Source: a virus | Taxonomy: Duplodnaviria; Caudoviricetes | IMG/VR virus record: IMGVR_UViG_3300043908_000639 | Location: 1-36,595 of that record | DNA: 36,595 nt | Strand: one strand, 5' to 3' | Shown here: positions 1 to 8,305 of the stretch, piece by piece | Layout: every line of letters starts with the position of its first letter | Position numbering within the stretch: the first letter of the stretch is position 1 | Made by a program: the position numbers and the translations under genes | Notes under the pieces: generated by a model | Told to the model about the DNA's origin: nothing | Database searches by the model: none | What the model saw: the letters and a program-made list of their open reading frames with translations, nothing else

Positions 1-259
1 GGGATTCTCCAGATTCTTCTGGTTTAGGTTTGCTGTCCTCATATGCTTTCTTAACTGCATCTGTCCATAGTGCATTTGCCAATGCCTTTAATTCATCTGA
101 TTCAGCACTTACATCTGCATCTGGCATGAATGCCTTCCTATGGTATGAGAATGATATTTCTACACCATCTTCTAAGATTGACGTTTTACATCTTTCTTGA
201 ATACATTTGTATTCTCCACGAACCTCATAATCGTATGTTTGTTTCTTTTCTAAAGCCAT
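1..259 (-). CDS. Small tail-fibre-associated protein (partial; runs off the window edge)
   Basis: Not in the ORF track. ATG at 259 with AGGAG RBS. Reads MALEKKQTYDYEVRGEYKCIQERCKTSILEDGVEISFSYHRKAFMPDADVSAESDELKALANALWTDAVKKAYE..., which resembles the small proteins that follow DDYEEGTWTP-type fibres in marine phages. Confidence 0.75.
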   Translation of the reverse strand, partial: MALEKKQTYDYEVRGEYKCIQERCKTSILEDGVEISFSYHRKAFMPDADVSAESDELKALANALWTDAVKKAYEDSKPKPEESGES

Positions 260-277
260 TTTTAACTCCTATTTTCC

Positions 278-299
278 ATTCCAAGAATCCACTCGGAAT
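278..299 (-). other. Intergenic hairpin between the fibre and partner genes
   Basis: Minus-strand ATTCCGAG-TGGATT-CTTGGAAT; 8-bp stem with one G-U pair; no U tract. Confidence 0.5.
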
Positions 300-301
300 A
301 A

Positions 302-3300
302 TTATGCAGTTCGATAAGAACCACCTATTAAAATTGAATTTTCATTTGAACCATTTAATGTTGAATTTTGGTCAAGAGAAGTATCGCCATCATTAGCATC
401 AGCCCTTTTATATAATGATATATAATTAACACCATTAACTATTCTAGCACTAATGGGATTATTGTCGGATGCAAAGCCAAAAGCACTCACAGAAACAGCA
501 GTTACCACATTAGTTGTGCTATCTGAAGTAAACGGCAGACCAGAAATTCTTAAATCGCCTGAACCACTACTATTGGAATAAGCATCTGTTCGCACAAAAC
601 ATTGAAAATGAACAACATTACCTACCTTAGTATATCGCCCTATCTGTCTATCGTGAGTCCATGAAGCATCACCGACACTAGAAAGTGTATAAGCTGGTGT
701 CCAAGTGCCTTCTTCGTAATCATCTAAAGCGTTTGCATTGCCGTTTGCAACTTGTGTTGCTGGAAACCTTATTGCACTTGCATATAGTTGAGCTTCCCCA
801 TCAGAAGCACAAAGAACACTAGTTACATTTGAATCTCCAAGAACAACAGAGTTATCTCCTGCACCTATTGCACTGCTACCAATTACTGTTTGATTTTGAG
901 CGTCTGCACCACTTGGGTCAGCTCCATGACCTATAACTACACAATTATCGCCTGTGGTGATAACATCACCAGCATTTGTTCCCATAGCAACGTTGTAATT
1001 CCCATTACTCAAACTTTTTAACGCTTGATAACCAACACCAATGTTTTGGCTGGGAACGTTAAGTGTGGTAGCTAAACCAGCTTGATAACCAATCATGATA
1101 TTCTTTGATGGAGCTTGAGGGTTTTTTAAAGCTTCAACTCCTATGGCTATATTGTATTGTCCAGTCAAATTATCAGTGAGTGCATATGCTCCTACGGCAG
1201 TGTTATCATCACCCTCCGTTAAGGCTTCTAAACTATGACTACCTACGGCTGTATTATTTAAAGAACCATTCATAGCACCACCCATTGAATTAGCTCCAAT
1301 TCCAGTGTTATGACTACAAGCTCCAGTAGTCCAATCACCACCACCAGAATTACGACCCATAAATGTGTTATATGTATTAGCTAAACTAGCATCTTGACTC
1401 ATAGAATTGTGACCAACGGCAGTATTATAATCACCTGTCGTAGTTTCCATTAAACTTTGATAGCCAATTGCTACATTTTCTTGACCGCTCGTAAGAGCAG
1501 TTGCAGACCTACGACCTATAGCTACTAATCCATTTACATCTGTACTATTTACCGCAGTTCCAGAATCACGACCTATTAAAACCACGTTATGAGACTCAGT
1601 TAAGGTGTCTCCAGAATATGAGCCTATACAAATGTTTGAATCACCAGTAGTCAAATCATTCAGAGCATTGTAACCTATTCCTATATTATGGTCTGCATCA
1701 TCTGTCTGAGTTCCACTGCCACCAGCTAACTCACCGACGAATACGTTGTAGTCCCCAGCTCCATCAGAGTCTCCAGCATTTTTGCCAAATATAGTATTGC
1801 TTGTACCACTATCATTATTACTGAGTGAGATTCTGGAGTTGCCATCTAGTTTGAAGTTTAAAACTCTTGAGCCACTAGCAACTGTTTTAAAGGTCATAAA
1901 AGTATTTCGACTAGTACTTACTGTACCCCAACCAGTTAACCCGACTCCAATTGAACCAACGTCTGAAGAACTTGTGCCATCAAAATACTTTTGAAATGAG
2001 ATAATCATTTCTGTGTCTGCTGTTGTGTCCGTATCTGCATCTAACATCCGAATAAACTTTGTCTCTCCACCATCGGTAGCATCCTTAATAATGTCAAGTA
2101 TATTACTTGGTACACCACCTATACCAACGTTACCGCTTGAATCAATAATTAAATCATCGTTAGTTGCAATAGCTGAATTTCGAGACACTTTAAACTCATT
2201 TGTACTTGCATCAACTCCTATACTTACTTCTGCATCTGTTTCATCATTGAATGTAATTTGAGGGTCTCCACCACTTGAATGAATGTTAACAATTCCTGTC
2301 GAACCAACATTTCTTTGAAATCTCGCCATTGCAGTACCACCGCCACCACCTTGCACCAATAATCCAATTGCAGATGCACTTTCACTTAAATGTAATTTTT
2401 GAGTTGGACTTGTGGTTCCGATGCCGACTTTACCATCATGCGTAATTACCAACCTTTCAAGATTTCCATCTGCTGAACTTTGTGTTAAAAATTTCAATGT
2501 CATTTGGTCATTAGCACCATCTCTCCAAGCTTGAATAGCACCCACACTATCAGTATCATTAAAAAATGAAATATCAGCTAATCTTGCATCCGAAGTTGCT
2601 ACAGCTGTAAATCGTAATCCGACATCACTTGATGTTTTACTAATGTGAAAGTTTGTACCAGGACTAGCAGTGCCTATGCCTACATTTCCATCACCTCTGA
2701 CTACAAAATCAACATTACCATCACTATCAAGTGAACGAATTTGGTATTGACCTGTACTACCACTACCAGCTTTAATTCTTAGACCATTCTGGTCAGTTTT
2801 TTCGACATTTAACGAGTAAGTTGAAGTAGGCGAAGCATTTATACCTACATCACCAGAAAACGTAGCATTGCCAGACGATGAAATAGACAAATCGTCATTC
2901 CTATCTCCTGTTCCAATGTTAATAGACCCACTATCAGCCCTGTTTTCAATATAAGCATTGTTACCACTTTTTTGAATCAAAAAGCCTTCACCTTCAGAGG
3001 TAGAGTTATCTACATCAAATAAATAAAGTCTTGCAGCGTCACCACTTAAACCAGTCACATTTAATTGATTGTTTACAAGTACTTTTGAATTAGTTGTATC
3101 AACTGTGAATATGTCACCAGCATCACCATTCTTGCGTACCAGTAAGGCTTCTGTGGAGTCTACATCTATTACTTGTGTACCTTCAATTATTTCATCAAAA
3201 GCCTGAAGGCCTGCACCGCTAACGGTCAAGTCTCCACTTATGGTAACGTCCCCCGAAATAGAACCTCCAGATAATGCTACGTTCAGACTATTATCAGACG

Positions 3301-3427
3301 TACTGAATACTGCATTTAAAGTTTCTTTTGTTGTTGAGGAGTTTATTCCTATAGCGTTACCAGAGGAATCGGTAAACACTTTATTCAACACTTCTTGTGT
3401 TGTGTATTTTCTTAAGTTATCAGCCAT
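302..3427 (-). CDS. Tail fibre / receptor-binding protein
   Basis: 1041 aa, rich in G/S/N/T. Four GxVGI(G/N)xxxP repeats, many ~14-aa NxAxGxxAL beta-roll (YadA-head-like) repeats, and a C-terminal ANALDDYEEGTWTP...GRYTKVGNVV domain. Confidence 0.88.
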   Translation of the reverse strand: MADNLRKYTTQEVLNKVFTDSSGNAIGINSSTTKETLNAVFSTSDNSLNVALSGGSISGDVTISGDLTVSGAGLQAFDEIIEGTQVIDVDSTEALLVRKNGDAGDIFTVDTTNSKVLVNNQLNVTGLSGDAARLYLFDVDNSTSEGEGFLIQKSGNNAYIENRADSGSINIGTGDRNDDLSISSSGNATFSGDVGINASPTSTYSLNVEKTDQNGLRIKAGSGSTGQYQIRSLDSDGNVDFVVRGDGNVGIGTASPGTNFHISKTSSDVGLRFTAVATSDARLADISFFNDTDSVGAIQAWRDGANDQMTLKFLTQSSADGNLERLVITHDGKVGIGTTSPTQKLHLSESASAIGLLVQGGGGGTAMARFQRNVGSTGIVNIHSSGGDPQITFNDETDAEVSIGVDASTNEFKVSRNSAIATNDDLIIDSSGNVGIGGVPSNILDIIKDATDGGETKFIRMLDADTDTTADTEMIISFQKYFDGTSSSDVGSIGVGLTGWGTVSTSRNTFMTFKTVASGSRVLNFKLDGNSRISLSNNDSGTSNTIFGKNAGDSDGAGDYNVFVGELAGGSGTQTDDADHNIGIGYNALNDLTTGDSNICIGSYSGDTLTESHNVVLIGRDSGTAVNSTDVNGLVAIGRRSATALTSGQENVAIGYQSLMETTTGDYNTAVGHNSMSQDASLANTYNTFMGRNSGGGDWTTGACSHNTGIGANSMGGAMNGSLNNTAVGSHSLEALTEGDDNTAVGAYALTDNLTGQYNIAIGVEALKNPQAPSKNIMIGYQAGLATTLNVPSQNIGVGYQALKSLSNGNYNVAMGTNAGDVITTGDNCVVIGHGADPSGADAQNQTVIGSSAIGAGDNSVVLGDSNVTSVLCASDGEAQLYASAIRFPATQVANGNANALDDYEEGTWTPAYTLSSVGDASWTHDRQIGRYTKVGNVVHFQCFVRTDAYSNSSGSGDLRISGLPFTSDSTTNVVTAVSVSAFGFASDNNPISARIVNGVNYISLYKRADANDGDTSLDQNSTLNGSNENSILIGGSYRTA

Positions 3428-3476
3428 AACTTATCCTATATAATATCCGCCACCACCGCCATAAAGGCATTATTAA

Positions 3477-4169
3477 TCATCTTACTGCGTAAGGAGACAT
3501 CGGAAACATCATTGAGATAACTCTTTTATTGCTTTCGTTGTCTGCTAATTTACCATAAAATTCTTTCATAAAATATTCTTTTTTATCTATCTCACCTCTT
3601 TGTTCCGAAACCATTGCTTTGACATAATCAACTACTGCAAGACTTAGCATTTTATTTAAATTAATATGAGAAGATGTAGAAGGAGATGAGTCTTCTTTAG
3701 GTATTTGAGTAATTGTTACTCTTTCACCAGAAGCTTCAGTAATTATATTTTCATTTACTACCATATTTACATCATTTGTTCCACTAAAAGTTGATATAGT
3801 AAAATCTCCATCATTACTAGATGAACCTTTTATTCTAATTTTATCACCTACTTCAAACCCACTTGTTGTTGTCCAAAAGTTTCCAGTAGTCGTAGTTATA
3901 GCAGTTCCACCAAAACTTATATTAGTTCCACTTGCATAAGCAGTTGTTGTTTCTAATGATTCAGATACAAAAGGTTCACTAAGTCTTGTATATTCTATTC
4001 TTAATCCATTTGCAATATCTTCATCTGGATATACTAGTTCATTATCAAATGCTTGTAATACACCAGTTTGTGTAATCCTATCAGCATTTCTGCTACCCAT
4101 TAGTTTGTATAATAAGAGTTCTCTTCCTCTTAGAAAATAATAATATTCTTTATCTACATATACACTCAT
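3477..4169 (-). CDS. Neck/tail ring protein, C-terminal-half-like, with an inserted beta domain
   Basis: Position in the structural operon; YYYFLRG..LLLY, LRIEY and LAVVDYVKA segments typical of ring/adaptor proteins; insert GFEVGDKIRIKGSSSNDGDFTI. Confidence 0.5.
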   Translation of the reverse strand: MSVYVDKEYYYFLRGRELLLYKLMGSRNADRITQTGVLQAFDNELVYPDEDIANGLRIEYTRLSEPFVSESLETTTAYASGTNISFGGTAITTTTGNFWTTTSGFEVGDKIRIKGSSSNDGDFTISTFSGTNDVNMVVNENIITEASGERVTITQIPKEDSSPSTSSHINLNKMLSLAVVDYVKAMVSEQRGEIDKKEYFMKEFYGKLADNESNKRVISMMFPMSPYAVR

Positions 4170-4456
4170 GGTGCTTTATCCTCAAGTAAGTAATGAGGTT
4201 GAGAAGTTATTCTTTTAATCTTTTTATATTTATCATCACTTGTATCTAAAATACTTACATTATTTATTGCAATGAGGTCCGATGGTGTTTGATATACATT
4301 ATCATCAGCTGCTATTGATTTTATGATGTCTTGTTTGTTTACTTCTACTTTCTCTTTTGTATTACTTTGTATTAAATGTATTGCATCTTTTATGTATGCG
4401 ATAGCAAGGGTTTCTTCTCTCATCCCTGTTCGTTCCATCAATTCTAATACTGTCAT
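4166..4456 (-). CDS. Neck/tail ring protein, N-terminal-half-like
   Basis: MTVLELMER...AYIKDAIHLI...YQTPSDLIAINNV matches the N-terminal pattern of phage adaptor/ring proteins. ATGA overlap with the next gene. Confidence 0.5.
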   Translation of the reverse strand: MTVLELMERTGMREETLAIAYIKDAIHLIQSNTKEKVEVNKQDIIKSIAADDNVYQTPSDLIAINNVSILDTSDDKYKKIKRITSQPHYLLEDKAP

Positions 4457-5205
4457 TATCTTGCTCCTTGCATTGCCATAGCCGTAGCTAATGTTTTAGG
4501 GTGATTTTCTATATAAGATTTTATTTCAGCTAATGCTAAATTATAGTGTTGTTGAGACATTTGACCGTAATGAGTTTTTTCTCCTAATTGAGCTTGTATT
4601 GTTTGAACCCTTGCCATCAACATTTCACTATCTTCTTCAGTTACTATCCAATGTTCTGTTCCGCCTGTCCCAGATTCTCCACTAAAATTTCCTTGATGTG
4701 TAGAATCCATCATTAACTTTGCAAACTCTTTAAAACAAGCATAGTTAATTACTACATTTCTTAAATCAGAATCATCATCTATTTTTGTATGGTCTATATA
4801 TAATGCTTTTGCTGTTTGAGAATTAGTAGGAGTAGGTTTTACAATTATTACAGAACCTTTATCCGTAACTGCATTATCAAAATAGTATTTAGGAAAAGTA
4901 GACGTAGGTAATTTTAAACTACCAGAACTTGCTTCTATAAATGCAGAATCTTCTCTTGATACTTCTTGCGCACTAAATCCATTTCTAGACACACTTAGTA
5001 TAGAATCAGTAGCAATTGGAACTACAATATTTCCACTTGCATTTCCACCATCTGTACTTGGGTCTGTAAAAGAAGAAGCCCATTCTAATAAATTTTTAGG
5101 AACATTAGCTACTACGAATTTCTGCGCAGAAACTATGAAATCATTATCTGCATCAGCTACACCAGTAATGCCTTCTATTTCTAATTCAATTTTTGTTGTT
5201 GCCAT
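4456..5205 (-). CDS. Head-tail adaptor / tail tubular-like protein
   Basis: 249 aa, directly after the capsid genes; PKYYF...IIVKPTP motif and a helical C-terminus. Confidence 0.55.
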   Translation of the reverse strand: MATTKIELEIEGITGVADADNDFIVSAQKFVVANVPKNLLEWASSFTDPSTDGGNASGNIVVPIATDSILSVSRNGFSAQEVSREDSAFIEASSGSLKLPTSTFPKYYFDNAVTDKGSVIIVKPTPTNSQTAKALYIDHTKIDDDSDLRNVVINYACFKEFAKLMMDSTHQGNFSGESGTGGTEHWIVTEEDSEMLMARVQTIQAQLGEKTHYGQMSQQHYNLALAEIKSYIENHPKTLATAMAMQGAR

Positions 5206-5215
5206 TTTTTACCTT

Positions 5216-5245
5216 ATATATAGGGGACCGAAGCCCCCCATATAT
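5216..5245 (-). terminator. Strong cUUCGg hairpin after the capsid/decoration genes (terminator or mRNA-stabilising element)
   Basis: Minus-strand ATATATGGGGGG-C-TTCG-G-TCCCCTATATAT; 13-bp stem with two G-U pairs; no U tract. Confidence 0.65.
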
Positions 5246-5257
5246 TCTTATTTACTA

Positions 5258-5737
5258 TTAAGCGTTAGCAGAAGCTGTACCAACTGCCCAACCATCTTGG
5301 TCGTTAGTAACACCTTCAACCCACCATTTACCTTCACAAGAGACAATGTGAATTTTATCTCCAGCTGCTCCTGCAGAAGCGGCTAAAGTTAATTGGTCAT
5401 GTGAGCTTCCGTTGAAATCAATTCCAACATCATTAGTACCTTCAACACTAACAATACTTCCAACAAAGAAATCAACACCATCTCTAGCGTCAATATCAAA
5501 GTCACCAGTTCCGTTAGCAGCTGCTAATAAAAATGTAAACTCAAGACCATCTTGTCCTTTTATATGTGGTAAACTGCAAGCTGCAGCTCCATTAGTTCCT
5601 CCAGAAATATGCACAACTGAACCACTATCACTAGCAGAAAGAGAAACAGCTGCTCCTCCTGTGCATTTTACTACTGAACCAACTTTTCTTTCAAGCTGTC
5701 CGCCATCTTTATTTTGTCCGTATAAAGGGATTCCCAT
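5258..5737 (-). CDS. Putative capsid decoration / auxiliary head protein
   Basis: 159 aa, Gly/Ala-rich beta protein right after the MCP; LSASDSGSVV...LP...GLEFTF pattern; strong AGGAGG RBS. Confidence 0.55.
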   Translation of the reverse strand: MGIPLYGQNKDGGQLERKVGSVVKCTGGAAVSLSASDSGSVVHISGGTNGAAACSLPHIKGQDGLEFTFLLAAANGTGDFDIDARDGVDFFVGSIVSVEGTNDVGIDFNGSSHDQLTLAASAGAAGDKIHIVSCEGKWWVEGVTNDQDGWAVGTASANA

Positions 5738-5747
5738 GATTTACCTC

Positions 5748-7337
5748 CTATTTCCAGACCGCATGGGCTTCTGGCATACGCCATTCCATACCGGCCTCAG
5801 TTTGAATTAAATCAACCCTACGGTCAACACCACTATTCTCAAGAGTCTGAACTCCAACGTATACTGCAGTATCACGATTCAATCCGTTACCAACTAATGG
5901 TCGGTATGCACATTGAGTCATGTTAATTGCAAGTATCTTAATACCAGTTGAATCTAGGTGAATGTTACGAACAAGATTCATAGCTCCATAAGGAGTCATA
6001 ACTTGTGTAACATCTAAACCGTAGACATTCTTCTTTCCAGCCATACTGAAGTCCGCACGACCAAGAGAATTAGTTCCATCACTAACTTTAGAAACGTTAG
6101 CTGAAAAGTAACCACTCAACTTGTGCATCCAATTGTATGTATCAGTAGAACACATAAACAATGTTGCACTTGCATTATTGTATCTTGGGTCAAGAAAGTT
6201 GCTCATATCATCAAGAAAATCATCTTGAGACTTTGAACCAGTTCCACCAATTCCAGAACCATCAAAAATGTTTCCGTAACTAGTAATGAAACTAACTGCA
6301 CCTTCTGTATACTGAGCTCCAGAACTATCAGTTCCTTGAGCACCAAACAACAATGCTGTTTCAATGTCGTACTTATGTTCAATTAACTTTGTTCTCCAGA
6401 TTCTAGCAAATTCGTTAGGTTCATACTTAAGAACAGTTGCTCTTGTAGTATTATCCATCGCCATTGCAGTTTTGAAGATTTGAGTTAATCCAACAGCACT
6501 TGAGAAAGGTTGGTCTTTCCAAGACTCTGGGTATCCAGAACCTTGAGAATGAGCAGAACCTACAACGTAACATCTTTTCTTTTCAAGATACAATGCTATT
6601 GACTCTGAAGAAACATCTACACCATCAAGAGCATTATTGTAAGCTGAATAAGATGTTAGTTCAATATCAGCTCCTGCTGAACCTTTACTAACTACTTCTG
6701 TTTTAAGTACAACTGCATTAGATACAGAATCACTATCTACTGATAATATTTTAACAATAAGATAGTCGTCTGGAGTAGTTGCCACATCAGTTGTTCCACC
6801 TGTATCATCCCAACTACCAGCTGCTTCAGAATCATTAAAATTGCTAGAACCAGCAATAATATAAGGAATCTTCACAATTGAATTTGGAAGAAAGAATGTA
6901 GGTTGAGAACCTGCAGAGCCTGGTAAAACATCATAACTACTATTTCCATAGATATTTTGAATATTACCTGCTGATTTATAATCACCAATCATACAAAAGT
7001 AATATATATCACCAGCGTCTACATTTCCATGAGTCACAGTTGCATCTGTTCCAGCTAAGCTAGAAGGAGCAGATGTTCCATGATTTGATACATAAGCGTA
7101 TCGTTTGTGATACGAACCCCTTCGTTCAGTAAATTTAAACTCTGGGTCATCCGTAGGTTTTTTAGCGACTTGTGATACAAATCTAAAGAAAGGGTCTTGA
7201 GCTATTGAAAGTTCAGAAATCCTATCCCCAAAATTATATCTACGTCTGAGGTCGCCTGTACTAGGTAACTCACCATAACCATTACTTCTGGCATCTGGGG
7301 AAGCCCCTAGTTCTTCCATGCCGAATACATCAGCCAT
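5748..7337 (-). CDS. Major capsid protein (HK97 fold, SU10/DUF5309-like) with a large insertion
   Basis: 529 aa after the scaffold; PFF...KKPTDDPEFKFTE, GSAHSQGS, TQIFKT, KLIEHKYDIETALLFG, TPYG and TEAGMEW...AHA motifs. Confidence 0.85.
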   Translation of the reverse strand: MADVFGMEELGASPDARSNGYGELPSTGDLRRRYNFGDRISELSIAQDPFFRFVSQVAKKPTDDPEFKFTERRGSYHKRYAYVSNHGTSAPSSLAGTDATVTHGNVDAGDIYYFCMIGDYKSAGNIQNIYGNSSYDVLPGSAGSQPTFFLPNSIVKIPYIIAGSSNFNDSEAAGSWDDTGGTTDVATTPDDYLIVKILSVDSDSVSNAVVLKTEVVSKGSAGADIELTSYSAYNNALDGVDVSSESIALYLEKKRCYVVGSAHSQGSGYPESWKDQPFSSAVGLTQIFKTAMAMDNTTRATVLKYEPNEFARIWRTKLIEHKYDIETALLFGAQGTDSSGAQYTEGAVSFITSYGNIFDGSGIGGTGSKSQDDFLDDMSNFLDPRYNNASATLFMCSTDTYNWMHKLSGYFSANVSKVSDGTNSLGRADFSMAGKKNVYGLDVTQVMTPYGAMNLVRNIHLDSTGIKILAINMTQCAYRPLVGNGLNRDTAVYVGVQTLENSGVDRRVDLIQTEAGMEWRMPEAHAVWK

Positions 7338-7382
7338 TTTTACACCTCTTTATTTTGAGTTAATGGCTGTCAATATATTATT

Positions 7383-8246
7383 TTATATACTGAAAGCCTT
7401 TTCTAGTTCACTTCCAGAACCCAAAATAGTATCAAAGACTTTATCATCGGAGGATTTCTCAACTGCTACACTACCTTGCGTTGCAAGTGTAGTAGGTTGT
7501 TGTTGAACTTCTCTCATCTTATTGTGGATTTCTTGTCGAGCATTATTAGCTATTTGTTCATCTCGATTCTTACGATTCATTAAAAAGTATATATCCTCTA
7601 ACTCAAGAGATTTAGATTGTGCATAATCAACAAATTGTTTCCACTGTTCATCTGTCATATTCATCTTTTGTTTGAACTGGGCTTCTCTTGCTAACTTTGC
7701 ATTTTCATTCTTTTGAGTTTTCAAAGCATTACCTAGTCTACGTTGGACTATTCCGTCTATCGTAGCTCCAAGCACTTTTGCAGAATCAGAATCGGGTTTA
7801 CCAAAAGCCTCTTCAGCGTCAAATACAAAATCCTCATCTAGATTAAGTTTTTGATTTAATGTTTCTGGGGTCTGGCCTCCACCCTCAAAATAATTTCTCA
7901 CATGATTAATTAAATTGGGGTCTTCTCGCATAGCATCTAGTATAGGCATATAAGGTTCAATTTCCTTTAGTTTACCATTTAACCTTTTAGCTTCTCTACT
8001 AGAATCGCTATACCTTTTTTGTAAAGTATCCAAATTATTATCTGGAACTTCATTCTGAACTTCTACATTAGGGCTCGACTGCGTGTTACCGCTTTGTACC
8101 GAGGTTGTTTGTGAAGGTTCTAATATGCCGCCATTGACTTGATTGTCTAAAGACTCAAAAAAGTCTTCACTATTCATACCCATGACTGCATCTTGTACGT
8201 TTGTACTTTCGGGGGCCTCTGTGGCGTTACCTACTTGTTCTGACAT
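7383..8246 (-). CDS. Scaffolding protein
   Basis: 287 aa between portal and MCP; acidic disordered N-terminus and coiled coil LQKRYSDSSREAKRL. Confidence 0.75.
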   Translation of the reverse strand: MSEQVGNATEAPESTNVQDAVMGMNSEDFFESLDNQVNGGILEPSQTTSVQSGNTQSSPNVEVQNEVPDNNLDTLQKRYSDSSREAKRLNGKLKEIEPYMPILDAMREDPNLINHVRNYFEGGGQTPETLNQKLNLDEDFVFDAEEAFGKPDSDSAKVLGATIDGIVQRRLGNALKTQKNENAKLAREAQFKQKMNMTDEQWKQFVDYAQSKSLELEDIYFLMNRKNRDEQIANNARQEIHNKMREVQQQPTTLATQGSVAVEKSSDDKVFDTILGSGSELEKAFSI

Positions 8247-8272
8247 ACTATCTCCTATTTTAAGATTATTTT

Positions 8273-8302
8273 AATTTAGCAAATATAAAAATAAAAATGC
8301 AA
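8273..8302 (-). promoter_or_regulatory. sigma70-type promoter for scaffold/capsid genes
   Basis: Minus strand TTGCAT-18 nt-TAAATT with extended -10 TG, upstream of an AGGAG RBS. Confidence 0.6.
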
Positions 8303-8305
8303 GAG

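Noticed and set aside
302-3427. Diversity-generating retroelement acting on the fibre
   Set aside because: No reverse transcriptase or template repeat was seen in the window.
7368-7373. Perfect TTGACA upstream of the capsid gene
   Set aside because: No acceptable -10 at 16-18 nt spacing.
8280-8287. Bacteroidota-type TAnnTTTG promoter element
   Set aside because: No -33 TTTG at the right spacing; a sigma70-type -35/extended -10 fits better.
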